Shown: positions 18,857 through 28,178 of the stretch, piece after piece
Layout: the number at the start of each line of letters is the position of its first letter
Numbering within the stretch: the stretch's first letter is position 1
NCBI GenBank assembly: GCA_003140175.1
Contig: PLJD01000077.1
Location: forward strand, 29,141-93,140
Origin: Actinomycetota bacterium
GTDB taxonomy: Bacteria > Actinomycetota > Acidimicrobiia > IMCC26256 > PALSA-555
Direction: 5' to 3'
DNA length: 64,000 bases
Made by a program: the position numbers and the translations under genes
The notes under the pieces: generated by a model
The model's input: the letters and a program-made list of their open reading frames with translations, nothing else
Told to the model about the DNA's origin: nothing
The model's database searches: none

Positions 18857-19522
18857 TCAGCTGGTCTGATCGGCGAGGTAGAGGATGACTGCCTTGACCC
18901 GGTGGTGCACGTCCGGCTCCTCCGAGAGTCCCAACTTGGAGAAGACCGAGTTGATGTGCTTCTCGACCGCGCGTTCTGAGAGGCCGAGGGCGGTGGCGAC
19001 GCCGGCGTTGTTGCGACCTTGTGCCATCTCCGCGAGGACCTCGCCCTCGCGTGGCGTGAGGCCGTCGAGTGGTGAGTCGCGCCGACGGGAGCGGGCCTCC
19101 ACCAGGACCTCGACCACCTGCGAATCGATCACGGAGCCGCCCGACGCGACCTCACGGATGGCGCGGAGCAGCTCCTCGACGTCGGAGACGCGTTCTTTTA
19201 GCAGATACGCGCGCCCGGCTGCTCCGTGCTCCAAGAGCGCGAGCGCGTACCCAGGCTCGACGAACTGGCTCAGCACGACCACACCTACCTGAGGATGGCG
19301 AGTCCGCAACTCGTCCGCGGCGCGTACGCCTTCGTCGGTGCCGGTCGGTGGCATGCGGATATCGGTGAGCACGACGTCTGGCCGGTGCTGCTCGACGGCC
19401 GTGTAGAGACCCTCGAGGTCCGCGCAGACCCCTGCGACCTCGATTTCCGCCTGGGCCTCGAGCAGACGAACCACGCCCTCGCGCACCAGATAATGGTCCT
19501 CGGCCACCACGACCCGGATCAT
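18857..19522 (-). CDS. NarL/LuxR-family response regulator
   Basis: REC domain (VVLTDIRMPP, VVVLSQ, YLLK) plus GerE HTH (LTPREGEVLAEMAQGRNNAGVATALGLSERAVEKHINSVFSKL). Start ATG 19522 (alternative GTG 19537). Confidence 0.9.
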   Translation of the reverse strand: MIRVVVAEDHYLVREGVVRLLEAQAEIEVAGVCADLEGLYTAVEQHRPDVVLTDIRMPPTGTDEGVRAADELRTRHPQVGVVVLSQFVEPGYALALLEHGAAGRAYLLKERVSDVEELLRAIREVASGGSVIDSQVVEVLVEARSRRRDSPLDGLTPREGEVLAEMAQGRNNAGVATALGLSERAVEKHINSVFSKLGLSEEPDVHHRVKAVILYLADQTS

Positions 19523-19854
19523 CGATCCTGCCTTCACTGCCGAGCGCGTTCCCCGACCCCCGCGGGCCTTCGAGACCGCATGAGGCTAATGGGTGCGGAG
19601 CAGTCCGCTGGAGTGCAGGCTGAGCCTGACGCCCCGCCGGCGACTCCCCGCGGCACCGGTCCTTGCGCTCAACGCGCGATCCCGGGCGGGAGATCACCGT
19701 CGCGCGGTGTGGTGCTGGCACGAGGCCGCCACACCGGCTGCCCACCTTGTTCGGCCCAGGCGTGCCCGTCAGGCTACGTCTTGGAACCGGCAGCCCAACC
19801 CCCGGGCGGAGGTCGAGAAGACGTGCGCCACCAAATGCTCAGCGGTGGATCGCC

Positions 19855-22374
19855 GTGAGCCGGACGATCCTCCGGGTTGCCTGGTACCGGCTCCGAGCCA
19901 CGTTTGCCCGTCGATGGGGCGGCTACCTCGCCCTGGTACTCCTGATCGGCCTGCTGGGTGGCCTCGCCATGGGCGCGGTTGCCGCCGGTCGGCGCACGCA
20001 GTCGTCCTTCCATGCCTTCATCGCCAGCACCAATCCGTCCGACCTCACCCTCGGGACCGGCCTGTACAACCCGGCGAGCCCGAACGGCGCCGGCTACAAC
20101 GCCGCTCTCGTCCACACCATCGCCCAGCTGCCTCACGTGAAACACGTCGAGAGCTATGCATCGTTCAACGGTGCCCTGTTGGGTCCCAACGGGGCCCCCA
20201 GCAGCGCCTTCGCCAACAGCAATACCAATTTGAACACGCTCGGCAGCGTCGACGGCGAATTCTTCAACCAGGATCGGCTGCCCGTCACCCAAGGCCGACT
20301 GGCCGATCCCACCCGGGCCGACGAGGTCGTGATGCCCGCGGCGCTGGCCCACGAGCTCCGGCTCCACGTCGGTCAGGTCGCCTCGTGGGGCTTCTACACC
20401 AACGCGCAGGAGGGCTTTGCGACGCCCGGTCCGGGGAGCCAGCCGTATCTACGATTGAACATCAGGCTCGTTGGCACCGTGGTACCCAACGACGCGGTGG
20501 TGCAGGATGCCGTCGACGCCAACTACGGGAGCCCAAATGTGGTCTTCACGCCGGCGCTCACCCAACGGCTCCTGCAGTGCTGCACCGTCTACTCCTTCAG
20601 CTCGCTTCAGCTCGAGCATGGCAGCCGTGACGTCGCCGCCGTAGAGTCCGAGCTCGAGCGCGTCATTCCGCCCTCGCTGCCCCGCGACTTCAACGCCGTC
20701 TCGCTCACCGAGGCGAAGGCGCAACGGGCGATCAAGCCGCAGGGGATCGCCCTGGGCGTGTTCGGCGGGATCGCCGCGCTGGCCACCCTGCTCATCGCCA
20801 CCCAGGCGATCGGCCGCCAGGTTCGTCTCCGCGCTGGTGAGGAGAGCACGCTGCGAGCGCTCGGAGCCGATCCCGTCATGACGATCGGCGATTCGCTCAT
20901 CGGCATCGTGGGCGCACTCGTCGTTGGTTCCGTCGTGGCCGCTGTCGTGGCCGTCGCCGTCTCGCCGCTCGCCCCCATCGGCCCGGTGCGCCCCGTCTAC
21001 CCGTCGTCGGGCATCGCCGTCGACTGGACGGTGCTCGGCCTCGGGCTGGCCGTGCTGATCGTCGGCCTGAGCGCGATCGCGGCAGCGCTCGCCTACCGCG
21101 CGGCTCCACATCGCGCTGCCCGCGGAGACGAACCGGTGATGCGAGGATCGGCGCTCGCCCGTGCCGCAGCCAACTCCGGTCTGCCGACGCCCGCGGTAAC
21201 CGGAATCCGGTTCGCGCTCGAACCGGGAGCGGCTCGCAACGCGGTGCCGGTGCGGTCGGCCATCCTGGGTGCTGCGCTGGCGATGATCGTCGTGATCGGC
21301 ACCCTCACCTTCGGCGCCAGCCTCGACACGCTCGTCTCACATCCCGCCTTGTACGGATGGAACTGGAGTTACGAGCTCGCCGGAGGAGGGGGCGTCGGCA
21401 CCATCCCGCCCCAGCAGGCCGCATCGCTCCTCGACCGCGACCGTTCGGTGGCCGCCTGGGCCAACGTCTCGTTCGCGACCCTGCAAATCGACGGCCAGAC
21501 CGTGCCCGTTCTCGGCGAGAGCCCCCACGCGACGGTCGCGCCACCCGTGCTCTCCGGGCACGGGTTCGATGCGCCCGACCAGGTTGTGCTCGGCGCCACC
21601 ACGCTGGCCGACTTGCATAAGCGGGTAGGGGATTCGGTCGAGGTTCGCTATGGGCCCACCAAGCCGACACGACTCACAGTCGTCGGAACCGCGACGATGC
21701 CCGCGACCGGTATCCCCGGCGCGGCCCTGCACCCGACCATGGGGTCTGGGGCCCTGCTCTCGTACAAGCTGATCCCGGACTCCGTCCGAAACAGCTTCCG
21801 GAACTCCCCGGACGGCCCGAACGCGATCTTCGTGCGCCTTCGGGGCGATGCGAACCTCAGCGCGTCGCTCCGTGCGCTGAACCAGACCGCCACCGCGTTG
21901 ACCGTGCCCACCAACTACGGCGTGTCCGTTGTGCCGGTGCAACGTCCGGCGGAGATCGTGAACTACCGTTCGATGGGGACCACCCCCGCGATCCTCGGGG
22001 CCGCGTTGGGCGTGGGGGCGGTCAGCGCCTTAGGGCTGACCCTGATCGCCTCGGTTCGCCGCCGCCGCCGCGACCTTGCCCTCCTCAAGACGCTCGGCTT
22101 CACGAAGCGTCAACTCGCGGCGACCGTCGCCTGGCAAGCGAGCGTGGCGGTCGGCATCGGGACCGTCGTGGGGGTACCGCTGGGAATCGTCCTCGGGCGC
22201 TTCTTGTGGGACCTGTTCGCCCACCAGATACACGCGGTGGCCGCACCGAGCGTGCCAACCGCATCGGTCATCCTCGTCGCGGTCGGGGCGCTCGCGCTCG
22301 CCAACCTGGTCGCGGCGATCCCCGGGCGTATCGCCGCCCGTACGCCGACCGCGGTGCTGCTCCATGCGGAGTAA
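19855..22374 (+). CDS. ABC transporter permease with two FtsX/MacB-type domains
   Basis: Track ORF trimmed to GTG 19855 (VSRTILRVAWYRL...). The layout of N-terminal TM, large periplasmic domain and 3-4 TM repeats twice. The C-terminal LKTLGFTKRQL...AIPGRIAARTP segment is typical of FtsX. Confidence 0.85.
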   Translation: MSRTILRVAWYRLRATFARRWGGYLALVLLIGLLGGLAMGAVAAGRRTQSSFHAFIASTNPSDLTLGTGLYNPASPNGAGYNAALVHTIAQLPHVKHVESYASFNGALLGPNGAPSSAFANSNTNLNTLGSVDGEFFNQDRLPVTQGRLADPTRADEVVMPAALAHELRLHVGQVASWGFYTNAQEGFATPGPGSQPYLRLNIRLVGTVVPNDAVVQDAVDANYGSPNVVFTPALTQRLLQCCTVYSFSSLQLEHGSRDVAAVESELERVIPPSLPRDFNAVSLTEAKAQRAIKPQGIALGVFGGIAALATLLIATQAIGRQVRLRAGEESTLRALGADPVMTIGDSLIGIVGALVVGSVVAAVVAVAVSPLAPIGPVRPVYPSSGIAVDWTVLGLGLAVLIVGLSAIAAALAYRAAPHRAARGDEPVMRGSALARAAANSGLPTPAVTGIRFALEPGAARNAVPVRSAILGAALAMIVVIGTLTFGASLDTLVSHPALYGWNWSYELAGGGGVGTIPPQQAASLLDRDRSVAAWANVSFATLQIDGQTVPVLGESPHATVAPPVLSGHGFDAPDQVVLGATTLADLHKRVGDSVEVRYGPTKPTRLTVVGTATMPATGIPGAALHPTMGSGALLSYKLIPDSVRNSFRNSPDGPNAIFVRLRGDANLSASLRALNQTATALTVPTNYGVSVVPVQRPAEIVNYRSMGTTPAILGAALGVGAVSALGLTLIASVRRRRRDLALLKTLGFTKRQLAATVAWQASVAVGIGTVVGVPLGIVLGRFLWDLFAHQIHAVAAPSVPTASVILVAVGALALANLVAAIPGRIAARTPTAVLLHAE

Positions 22375-22868
22375 GCGCGGCGGACTCACCGTCGACGCGG
22401 GCGTTCCTCGCGTCCGGCGATGATCGGAGAGCTTCCCGACGACCACGGGTACGGCGAGCGCGTGGGGGCTACGCTCCGATTCCAGTGGGGGCCAAGATCG
22501 CCGCGCTCCAGCGGGCCGCGGCGGGCGCACCGTGGTACCGCACGCCGATCAATGTGACGTTCCGGTCGGGCCTGAACCAGGTCGGTGTCCACCCAACGGC
22601 GTCGGGCGATCGCCTGAGACCCGGCTCAGATCGTAGGCAGTACGCGTCAGGTGGTGGCGTTCACGCTCGGGCGTCCATCTCGATTGCTGGTGGTCGGGCT
22701 CACGACGTCGGGGGGCAGGGCGACAGCAGCGTCGGCCGTGTCAAGCTCGTCCTCCGGGATCGTCGGCCGTGGGGCAGCAATCGCCCGCGAGCGCCGCTGC
22801 CCCCCGGAGCGCACAGGCCCGCGGGGTCGGGCTCGGGCCGTGGGGAGGGCTGGGTGTAGGAAACCACC

Positions 22869-24110
22869 GTGACTGGCGTGCTTGCGTTTACGGCGCTCGC
22901 GGCGCTCCTCGTGGTAGTGGCACGGGGTGGGTCACCCCGAGTGGAGTTCGTCGTTGCGTCGGTGAGCGCTGGCTGTGTGCTCCTCGGTGGCGCACTCTCG
23001 TGGTCGGACGCTCGGCACGCACTCGGCGTGCTGGGGCCCACGTTGGGGTTCCTCGCCGCGATCTTCGTCATCGCGGAGGTTGCGGGAGCCGCTGGCCTGT
23101 TCGCAGCGGCCGGTGCGCAGATCAGTCGGCTCGCACGCTCGCCTCGCGGCGTTGTCGTCCTGGTGGCACTGGCCAGCGCGGCGATCACCGCCGTGCTCAG
23201 CCTCGACGCGACCGTGGTGCTCTTCACGCCAGTGGTTGTTCTCGTGGTGCGAAACCGGCGGGCAGCGGCTGATCCGGCACTGGTCACGACGACGCAAATG
23301 GCGAACGGATCATCACTGCTCCTGCCAGTCTCGAACCTCACGAACCTGCTCGTCTTTTCGGCCACGGGTCTGAGCTTCGCCGGATACGCGCTGCGCATGG
23401 CGCTCCCCACCGTCGTGGCGGTCGCCGTCATCACCCTGGTGGGCGCGCGCCGGGCTTCGCCCGAGGCGTGCCCGCAGCCGGTCACCGTCGAACGTGTCCC
23501 GCTGGGCTGGTTCTCGAGGCTCACCGCGGTCTGCTTGGTCCTGATCCTCGTCGCGTTTCTGGTGAGCTCGCTGCTCGGTGTCGAACCGGTCTGGATCGCC
23601 GCCGGGGGAGCGGTGGTGCTGGGAGCGGCCGCGCTCGTCACCCACCGGCTGACCCTGACCCGCGCCGTTCGGGCGGTCTCGCCCGGCTTCCTGATCTTCG
23701 TGGCCGCCTTGACCGTGGTGGTCGCCGCCGCTGACCATCACGGACTCCGAACCGCCGCGCAGCACCTCGTACCGCGCGGCTCGGGGTTCCTCGCCCTGCT
23801 CGGCATCACGGCGCTCGGAGCGCTGCTCGCCAATCTGATCAACAACCTGCCCGCCACCCTGTTGTTGCTCACGGTCATCCCGTCGGGCGCGGCGCCACAA
23901 CTCCTCGCACTCCTCGTCGGAGTCAACGTCGGCCCGAATGCCACCTACACCGGATCACTCGCGACGCTCCTCTGGCGACGAGCGGTCCGCCAGGCTGGCG
24001 TCGAACCCCCCGCAGGAGCCTTCTATCGGATGGCGCTCGTTGCGACACCCGTCGCACTGCTGGCATCGACCGGCGCGTTGTGGGTCACGTTGCGACTCGT
24101 TGGAACATGA
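22869..24110 (+). CDS. ArsB/NhaD-superfamily anion permease
   Basis: 413-aa polytopic ORF from GTG 22869. The strings SLDATVVLFTPVV, ANGSSLLLPVSNLTNLLV and NLINNLPATLLL match the ArsB/NhaD/CitMHS-type signature segments. Confidence 0.8.
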   Translation: MTGVLAFTALAALLVVVARGGSPRVEFVVASVSAGCVLLGGALSWSDARHALGVLGPTLGFLAAIFVIAEVAGAAGLFAAAGAQISRLARSPRGVVVLVALASAAITAVLSLDATVVLFTPVVVLVVRNRRAAADPALVTTTQMANGSSLLLPVSNLTNLLVFSATGLSFAGYALRMALPTVVAVAVITLVGARRASPEACPQPVTVERVPLGWFSRLTAVCLVLILVAFLVSSLLGVEPVWIAAGGAVVLGAAALVTHRLTLTRAVRAVSPGFLIFVAALTVVVAAADHHGLRTAAQHLVPRGSGFLALLGITALGALLANLINNLPATLLLLTVIPSGAAPQLLALLVGVNVGPNATYTGSLATLLWRRAVRQAGVEPPAGAFYRMALVATPVALLASTGALWVTLRLVGT

Positions 24111-24281
24111 CACCCATACACCAAGCCCGGCCCCGAGCCCTCGCCGAGCGCCAACCCGCGATGTCGGAGCCGCCGACCTGACTGCGACGCTGTCGGCCTA
24201 TCGATCCGCCCGGAGCGTCGGACGCGGCCGTGAACGGGTCTCCGGCGGCTCGGGCTGGGCGGGCGGTGGTCTGGGGTCCCG

Positions 24282-25004
24282 CTACGTCTGCGAGCAGGCG
24301 CGGATTGCGGCGTCCGCGGCGGTCTCGGTGGCCAGTTTGGCACCCTTCGCGAGGCGAGCCATCCGCGGGATTCGCCCCGGGTGTCGCAGGAAGTAGCGAA
24401 CGACTGCTCGCCCGTCGGGTGTTCCGTCCTGATGACTGAGATGGAACACCTCTTCATCGATGCTGCCGTCGGTCGCTCGGTCGCTGATCACGCGGAACAC
24501 CGACCACGGGATCTTGCGCTCCTCGCAAAGTTCGGCGATGGCGGCGGTTTCCATGTCGAGCGACACCACTCCTCGGGCCCGAAGGTCCGCTACGGCTCCC
24601 GGCTCAGTGAGCAGAACGTCGGTCGTCCACATCGTGCCGTTCGGAGTCCCGTCCCCGAGTGGGTCCGGCCGATGCTCGGAGCCCGTGGCGCTGTTGACGA
24701 CGACCTCCGGGAGGATGAGGGTCCCGATCGGGGTGAGGTTCTCCACGGCTCCAGTGATCCCCACCACGACCACTCGGTCAATGGCGATCGCGTCGAGCAA
24801 GCGGCGAGCCCCCGCGAGGGCCAACTCGGTGCCCATCCCGGTCACGATGGCCACGACCTCGTGGCCATCGAGGGTTCCCGAGTACATGGCGACGTCGCCG
24901 GACTCCGTCTTGGTGAGCGAGAGCTTCCTCACCAGCGGCTGGAGCTCCATCGGCATGGCACAGATGAACGCAGTGCGACCGGGACCTGAGGGAGTGTCCA
25001 CCAC
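24282..25004 (-). CDS. Nucleoside phosphorylase/nucleosidase-fold protein (paralog of 99-875)
   Basis: Contains AFICAMPMELQPL, VTGMGTE, VGITGA and SLDMETAAIAELC. It is colinear with ORF 99-875. Confidence 0.8.
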   Translation of the reverse strand: MVDTPSGPGRTAFICAMPMELQPLVRKLSLTKTESGDVAMYSGTLDGHEVVAIVTGMGTELALAGARRLLDAIAIDRVVVVGITGAVENLTPIGTLILPEVVVNSATGSEHRPDPLGDGTPNGTMWTTDVLLTEPGAVADLRARGVVSLDMETAAIAELCEERKIPWSVFRVISDRATDGSIDEEVFHLSHQDGTPDGRAVVRYFLRHPGRIPRMARLAKGAKLATETAADAAIRACSQT

Positions 25005-25217
25005 CGCATTCTGCCCCCTCTCGAGGGATCACAGCCAGGACGTGCGCGCCCCCCGGACGAGCTGAGGAGCCCGGCCACCCGGCGAACGCGCTCGCGCCCG
25101 CCGAAGCGATGGGCGCGGGTGTACCCGGGGTCGCACCCATCTCGGCGCCGACGATGCAGATGCCAGCGTCAAACGATCGTCCCCGAGGACTCCTCTGCCC
25201 CCAGAGCATGTCCGCCG

Positions 25218-25676
25218 ATGCCGGGCCCGCGATCCGCCATACGCGAGACTCGCGCCATCACGATCCTGCTGCTCCTCATCGGGATGGCGCTCGTCACGTG
25301 GGTCGTGTTCAGCGCGATCCTGCGACGTCGGACGCAATTGATCAGCGTACGCGGGATGAGCACGACGGCTGATATTGGCCGACTCAACGACATGCCGCGT
25401 GTGCAGGCTCGTGACCTGACGATGACCGGCTCCGACAGCGCCCGCTTGACCGTCGTCACCCCGAGTGACGCCGAGGGCGCGAGATCCGGTGCCGGAGGGA
25501 CCGAGACGGAGTTCTTGATCGCGATCAACGACGGTGATCCGGGATTCGCGATCCTCAACCAGTGGATCGAGGACCAGAGCGTCCTGGGCATGGTCGTGCC
25601 ACCCGAGAGCCGGCTCCTGCGGCTCCGTTGCCTGGATGACCTTCAACCGCTCACTCTGCGACGCCTCGATACCTGA
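25218..25676 (+). CDS. Hypothetical membrane-anchored protein
   Basis: ATG 25218. Single N-terminal TM (ITILLLLIGMALVTWVVFSAIL) followed by a ~110-aa soluble part. No recognisable family. Confidence 0.4.
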   Translation: MPGPRSAIRETRAITILLLLIGMALVTWVVFSAILRRRTQLISVRGMSTTADIGRLNDMPRVQARDLTMTGSDSARLTVVTPSDAEGARSGAGGTETEFLIAINDGDPGFAILNQWIEDQSVLGMVVPPESRLLRLRCLDDLQPLTLRRLDT

Positions 25677-25952
25677 GACGCCGGCGGTACTGAGCGCACC
25701 ACGCCGGACGAGCGCGCCGACACCCTCGCGATCCGCCGCTGGCTGCGGTCATCGCCCTGCGGGCCCCGAGAGCAGGGTCTCCCTACGAGCCATGTCGTCC
25801 CCGGCGGGATGCAGGTGCCGGTGCGACGCTGAATCTGCGCGCGCCGCCCGTCAGTTGCCGCGTGCGAGCTCGCCCCACCGGCTGGTCAGGACCCACTGTC
25901 GGCCTGTAGACAAGGCGGACTTGAGGGCAGGCCAGCTGTCAGGATCTGGGAC

Positions 25953-27872
25953 GTGGCGACCGACCACCAGGGTGTGACCCGTGATGGGCCACAACGCCGG
26001 AGCTCGCACCGCTTGGTTGGGGCTGGGTACTCGACGCTGAAGCGGCTGATGGTGGGTCGGCCGCTGGCCAACCAAGCGGCCGATACGCAGCGCCTACCGA
26101 AGCGCATCGCGTTGGCGGTGTTCTCCTCCGATGCGGTGTCGTCGACGGCGTACGGCACCGAGGTGATCCTGACGGTGCTGGTGCCAGTGGCCGGCGTCGC
26201 CGCGATCGGCGTTCTGGTGCCCTTGTCGCTGGTCGTCATCGGCGTCTTGATCGTGCTCGTCCTCAGTTATCGCCAGACCATCTATGCCTATCCAAACGGC
26301 GGCGGCTCGTACATCGTCAGCCGAGAGAACCTCGGCAAGAACCCATCGCTGGTCGCGGCTGCGTCGCTGCTGGTCGACTACACCCTGAACGTCGCGGTGT
26401 CGGCGGCAGCTGGGGTCGCAGCCATCACGTCGGCGATCCCGTCGCTGCAGCGCTATCCCGTCCCGCTGAGCATCGGTCTCGTGGCGATGATCATGCTGGT
26501 CAACCTGCGCGGGCTCCGAGCCGCTGGACGCCTGTTCGCCTTGCCCGTCTATGTCTATGTGACGACGTTGATGCTGTTGATCGTGGATGGCCTGATCCGC
26601 TCCTACACGGGCAGCCTGCCCCGGCTCCCGGTCAATCACGTCCAGCTGAACCAGTTCACCCATAACGGAGCACTCCTCACCGGCGTCACGCTGTTCGCCC
26701 TGATGAAGGCCTTCTCCTCGGGAGCGGTTGCCCTCTCGGGTGTCGAGGCGATTTCGAACGGTGTCCCCGCGTTTCGGGAGCCGACCTCACGCAACGCGTC
26801 GACCACGCTGGTCTGGACGGGCGTGCTGCTCGGCGCTCCGTTGCTCGGGCTCGCCGCATTGGCCTCCCGGCTCCATCCCACCATCTCGACGACGGAGACG
26901 CTGCTCTCGATCTTCGGCGATCACGTCTTTGGCCGAGGAAGTCCTCTGTATGTGCTGCTCATGGCTTCGACGGCGGCCATCTTGTGCCTGTCCGCCAACA
27001 CCTCGTTTGCCGACTTTCCCCGGCTCTCGTCCGTCGTTGCCCGGGATGGGTTCCTGCCCCGTCAGTTCGCCCGCCGTGGCGACCGGCTGGTTTTCTCCAA
27101 CGGAATCGTCGCCGTCGCGGCCGCCGCGGCGGTGTTGCTGTGGGCCTTTGGCGGACAGGTGGAGGCCCTCATTCCACTGTTCGCGGTTGGCCTGTTCACG
27201 GCCTTCACCCTGTCTCAAGTGGGCATGGTCCGCCATCATCTGCGCCTGCGAGAGCCGCGATGGCGCTGGGGCATCGCGATCAACGCGCTCGGTGCGACGG
27301 CCACATCGATCGTCCTGGTCGTCGTACTGATTTCAAAGTTCACGGAGGGTGCCTGGATCCCGACCATCGTCATTCCCGTGATTGTCGTGGTTTGCACGCT
27401 GATCAAACGCCACTACGACGCGGTCGAGGCTGAGCTCGCCGTGACGCTCAGCGAAGGCCTCCCGGTCATCCATAACAACGTCGTGGTTCTGGTAAGTCGG
27501 CTCAATCGGAATGTCGTGGACGCGGTGGCGTATGCCAAGTCCCTGCACCCCGAGCATCTCGTCGCCCTGAGCGTCGAAGCCGACGACATCAGCCTTGATG
27601 ACCTCCGTGAGAGCTGGGCCGCGCTCAACAGCGGAGTCGCGCTCGAGGTGGCCGATTCTCCGTTCCGAGAGATCACCCAGCCGATCCTCGACTTCCTCGA
27701 CAACCTCGATCGGCAGAGACCGGATGACGTGATCACCGTGATCCTTCCCGAGGTCGTGGTCCATCGCTGGACCGAGCAGTTCCTCCACAACCAAACTGCC
27801 GCGGTCCTCAAGACCCGACTGCTCTTCAGGCCCAACACCGTTGTGATCTCGGTCCCTGCCCAGATCGAATGA
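25953..27872 (+). CDS. APC-superfamily permease with cytoplasmic C-terminal extension
   Basis: Contains LKRLMVGRPL...LPKRIALAVFSSDAVSSTAYGTEVIL, YPNGGGSYIVSREN and 12 hydrophobic segments, followed by a ~170-aa soluble tail. The exact start is uncertain. Confidence 0.85.
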   Translation: MATDHQGVTRDGPQRRSSHRLVGAGYSTLKRLMVGRPLANQAADTQRLPKRIALAVFSSDAVSSTAYGTEVILTVLVPVAGVAAIGVLVPLSLVVIGVLIVLVLSYRQTIYAYPNGGGSYIVSRENLGKNPSLVAAASLLVDYTLNVAVSAAAGVAAITSAIPSLQRYPVPLSIGLVAMIMLVNLRGLRAAGRLFALPVYVYVTTLMLLIVDGLIRSYTGSLPRLPVNHVQLNQFTHNGALLTGVTLFALMKAFSSGAVALSGVEAISNGVPAFREPTSRNASTTLVWTGVLLGAPLLGLAALASRLHPTISTTETLLSIFGDHVFGRGSPLYVLLMASTAAILCLSANTSFADFPRLSSVVARDGFLPRQFARRGDRLVFSNGIVAVAAAAAVLLWAFGGQVEALIPLFAVGLFTAFTLSQVGMVRHHLRLREPRWRWGIAINALGATATSIVLVVVLISKFTEGAWIPTIVIPVIVVVCTLIKRHYDAVEAELAVTLSEGLPVIHNNVVVLVSRLNRNVVDAVAYAKSLHPEHLVALSVEADDISLDDLRESWAALNSGVALEVADSPFREITQPILDFLDNLDRQRPDDVITVILPEVVVHRWTEQFLHNQTAAVLKTRLLFRPNTVVISVPAQIE

Positions 27873-28178
27873 CCCGAGAACGCAACCCACTCGACCCGCC
27901 ACCGACGGCTCGAGTCCCGAGATCGCCCGGGCTGCGGGCGGCGACGGGCCCCAGTCCTTCAGCAGGTCAGCCCAGCCGGGCGACCGTCGCGATGGCCGAC
28001 ATCGCTGAGCCGATGGTCTCGTGCCCGGGTCGGCGCGCCGATCGCCCGCCTCGCGGCCCACGTCCTCCGGCGTTGGCCGGCCGCTCCCTCCTGTTGTCTC
28101 GTCGGGACGAGGCCTCCCACACCAGGTGACGGCGTCCCGGGCTGCTCGAGCCCGCGCCAGATCCGCGAGACTGCGGCG

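Noticed and set aside
22700-23641. 313-aa ORF antisense to the ArsB/NhaD permease gene
   Set aside because: The translation is Thr/Ala/Arg/Ser-rich with no hydrophobic or domain pattern. The plus-strand frame gives a coherent polytopic transporter.
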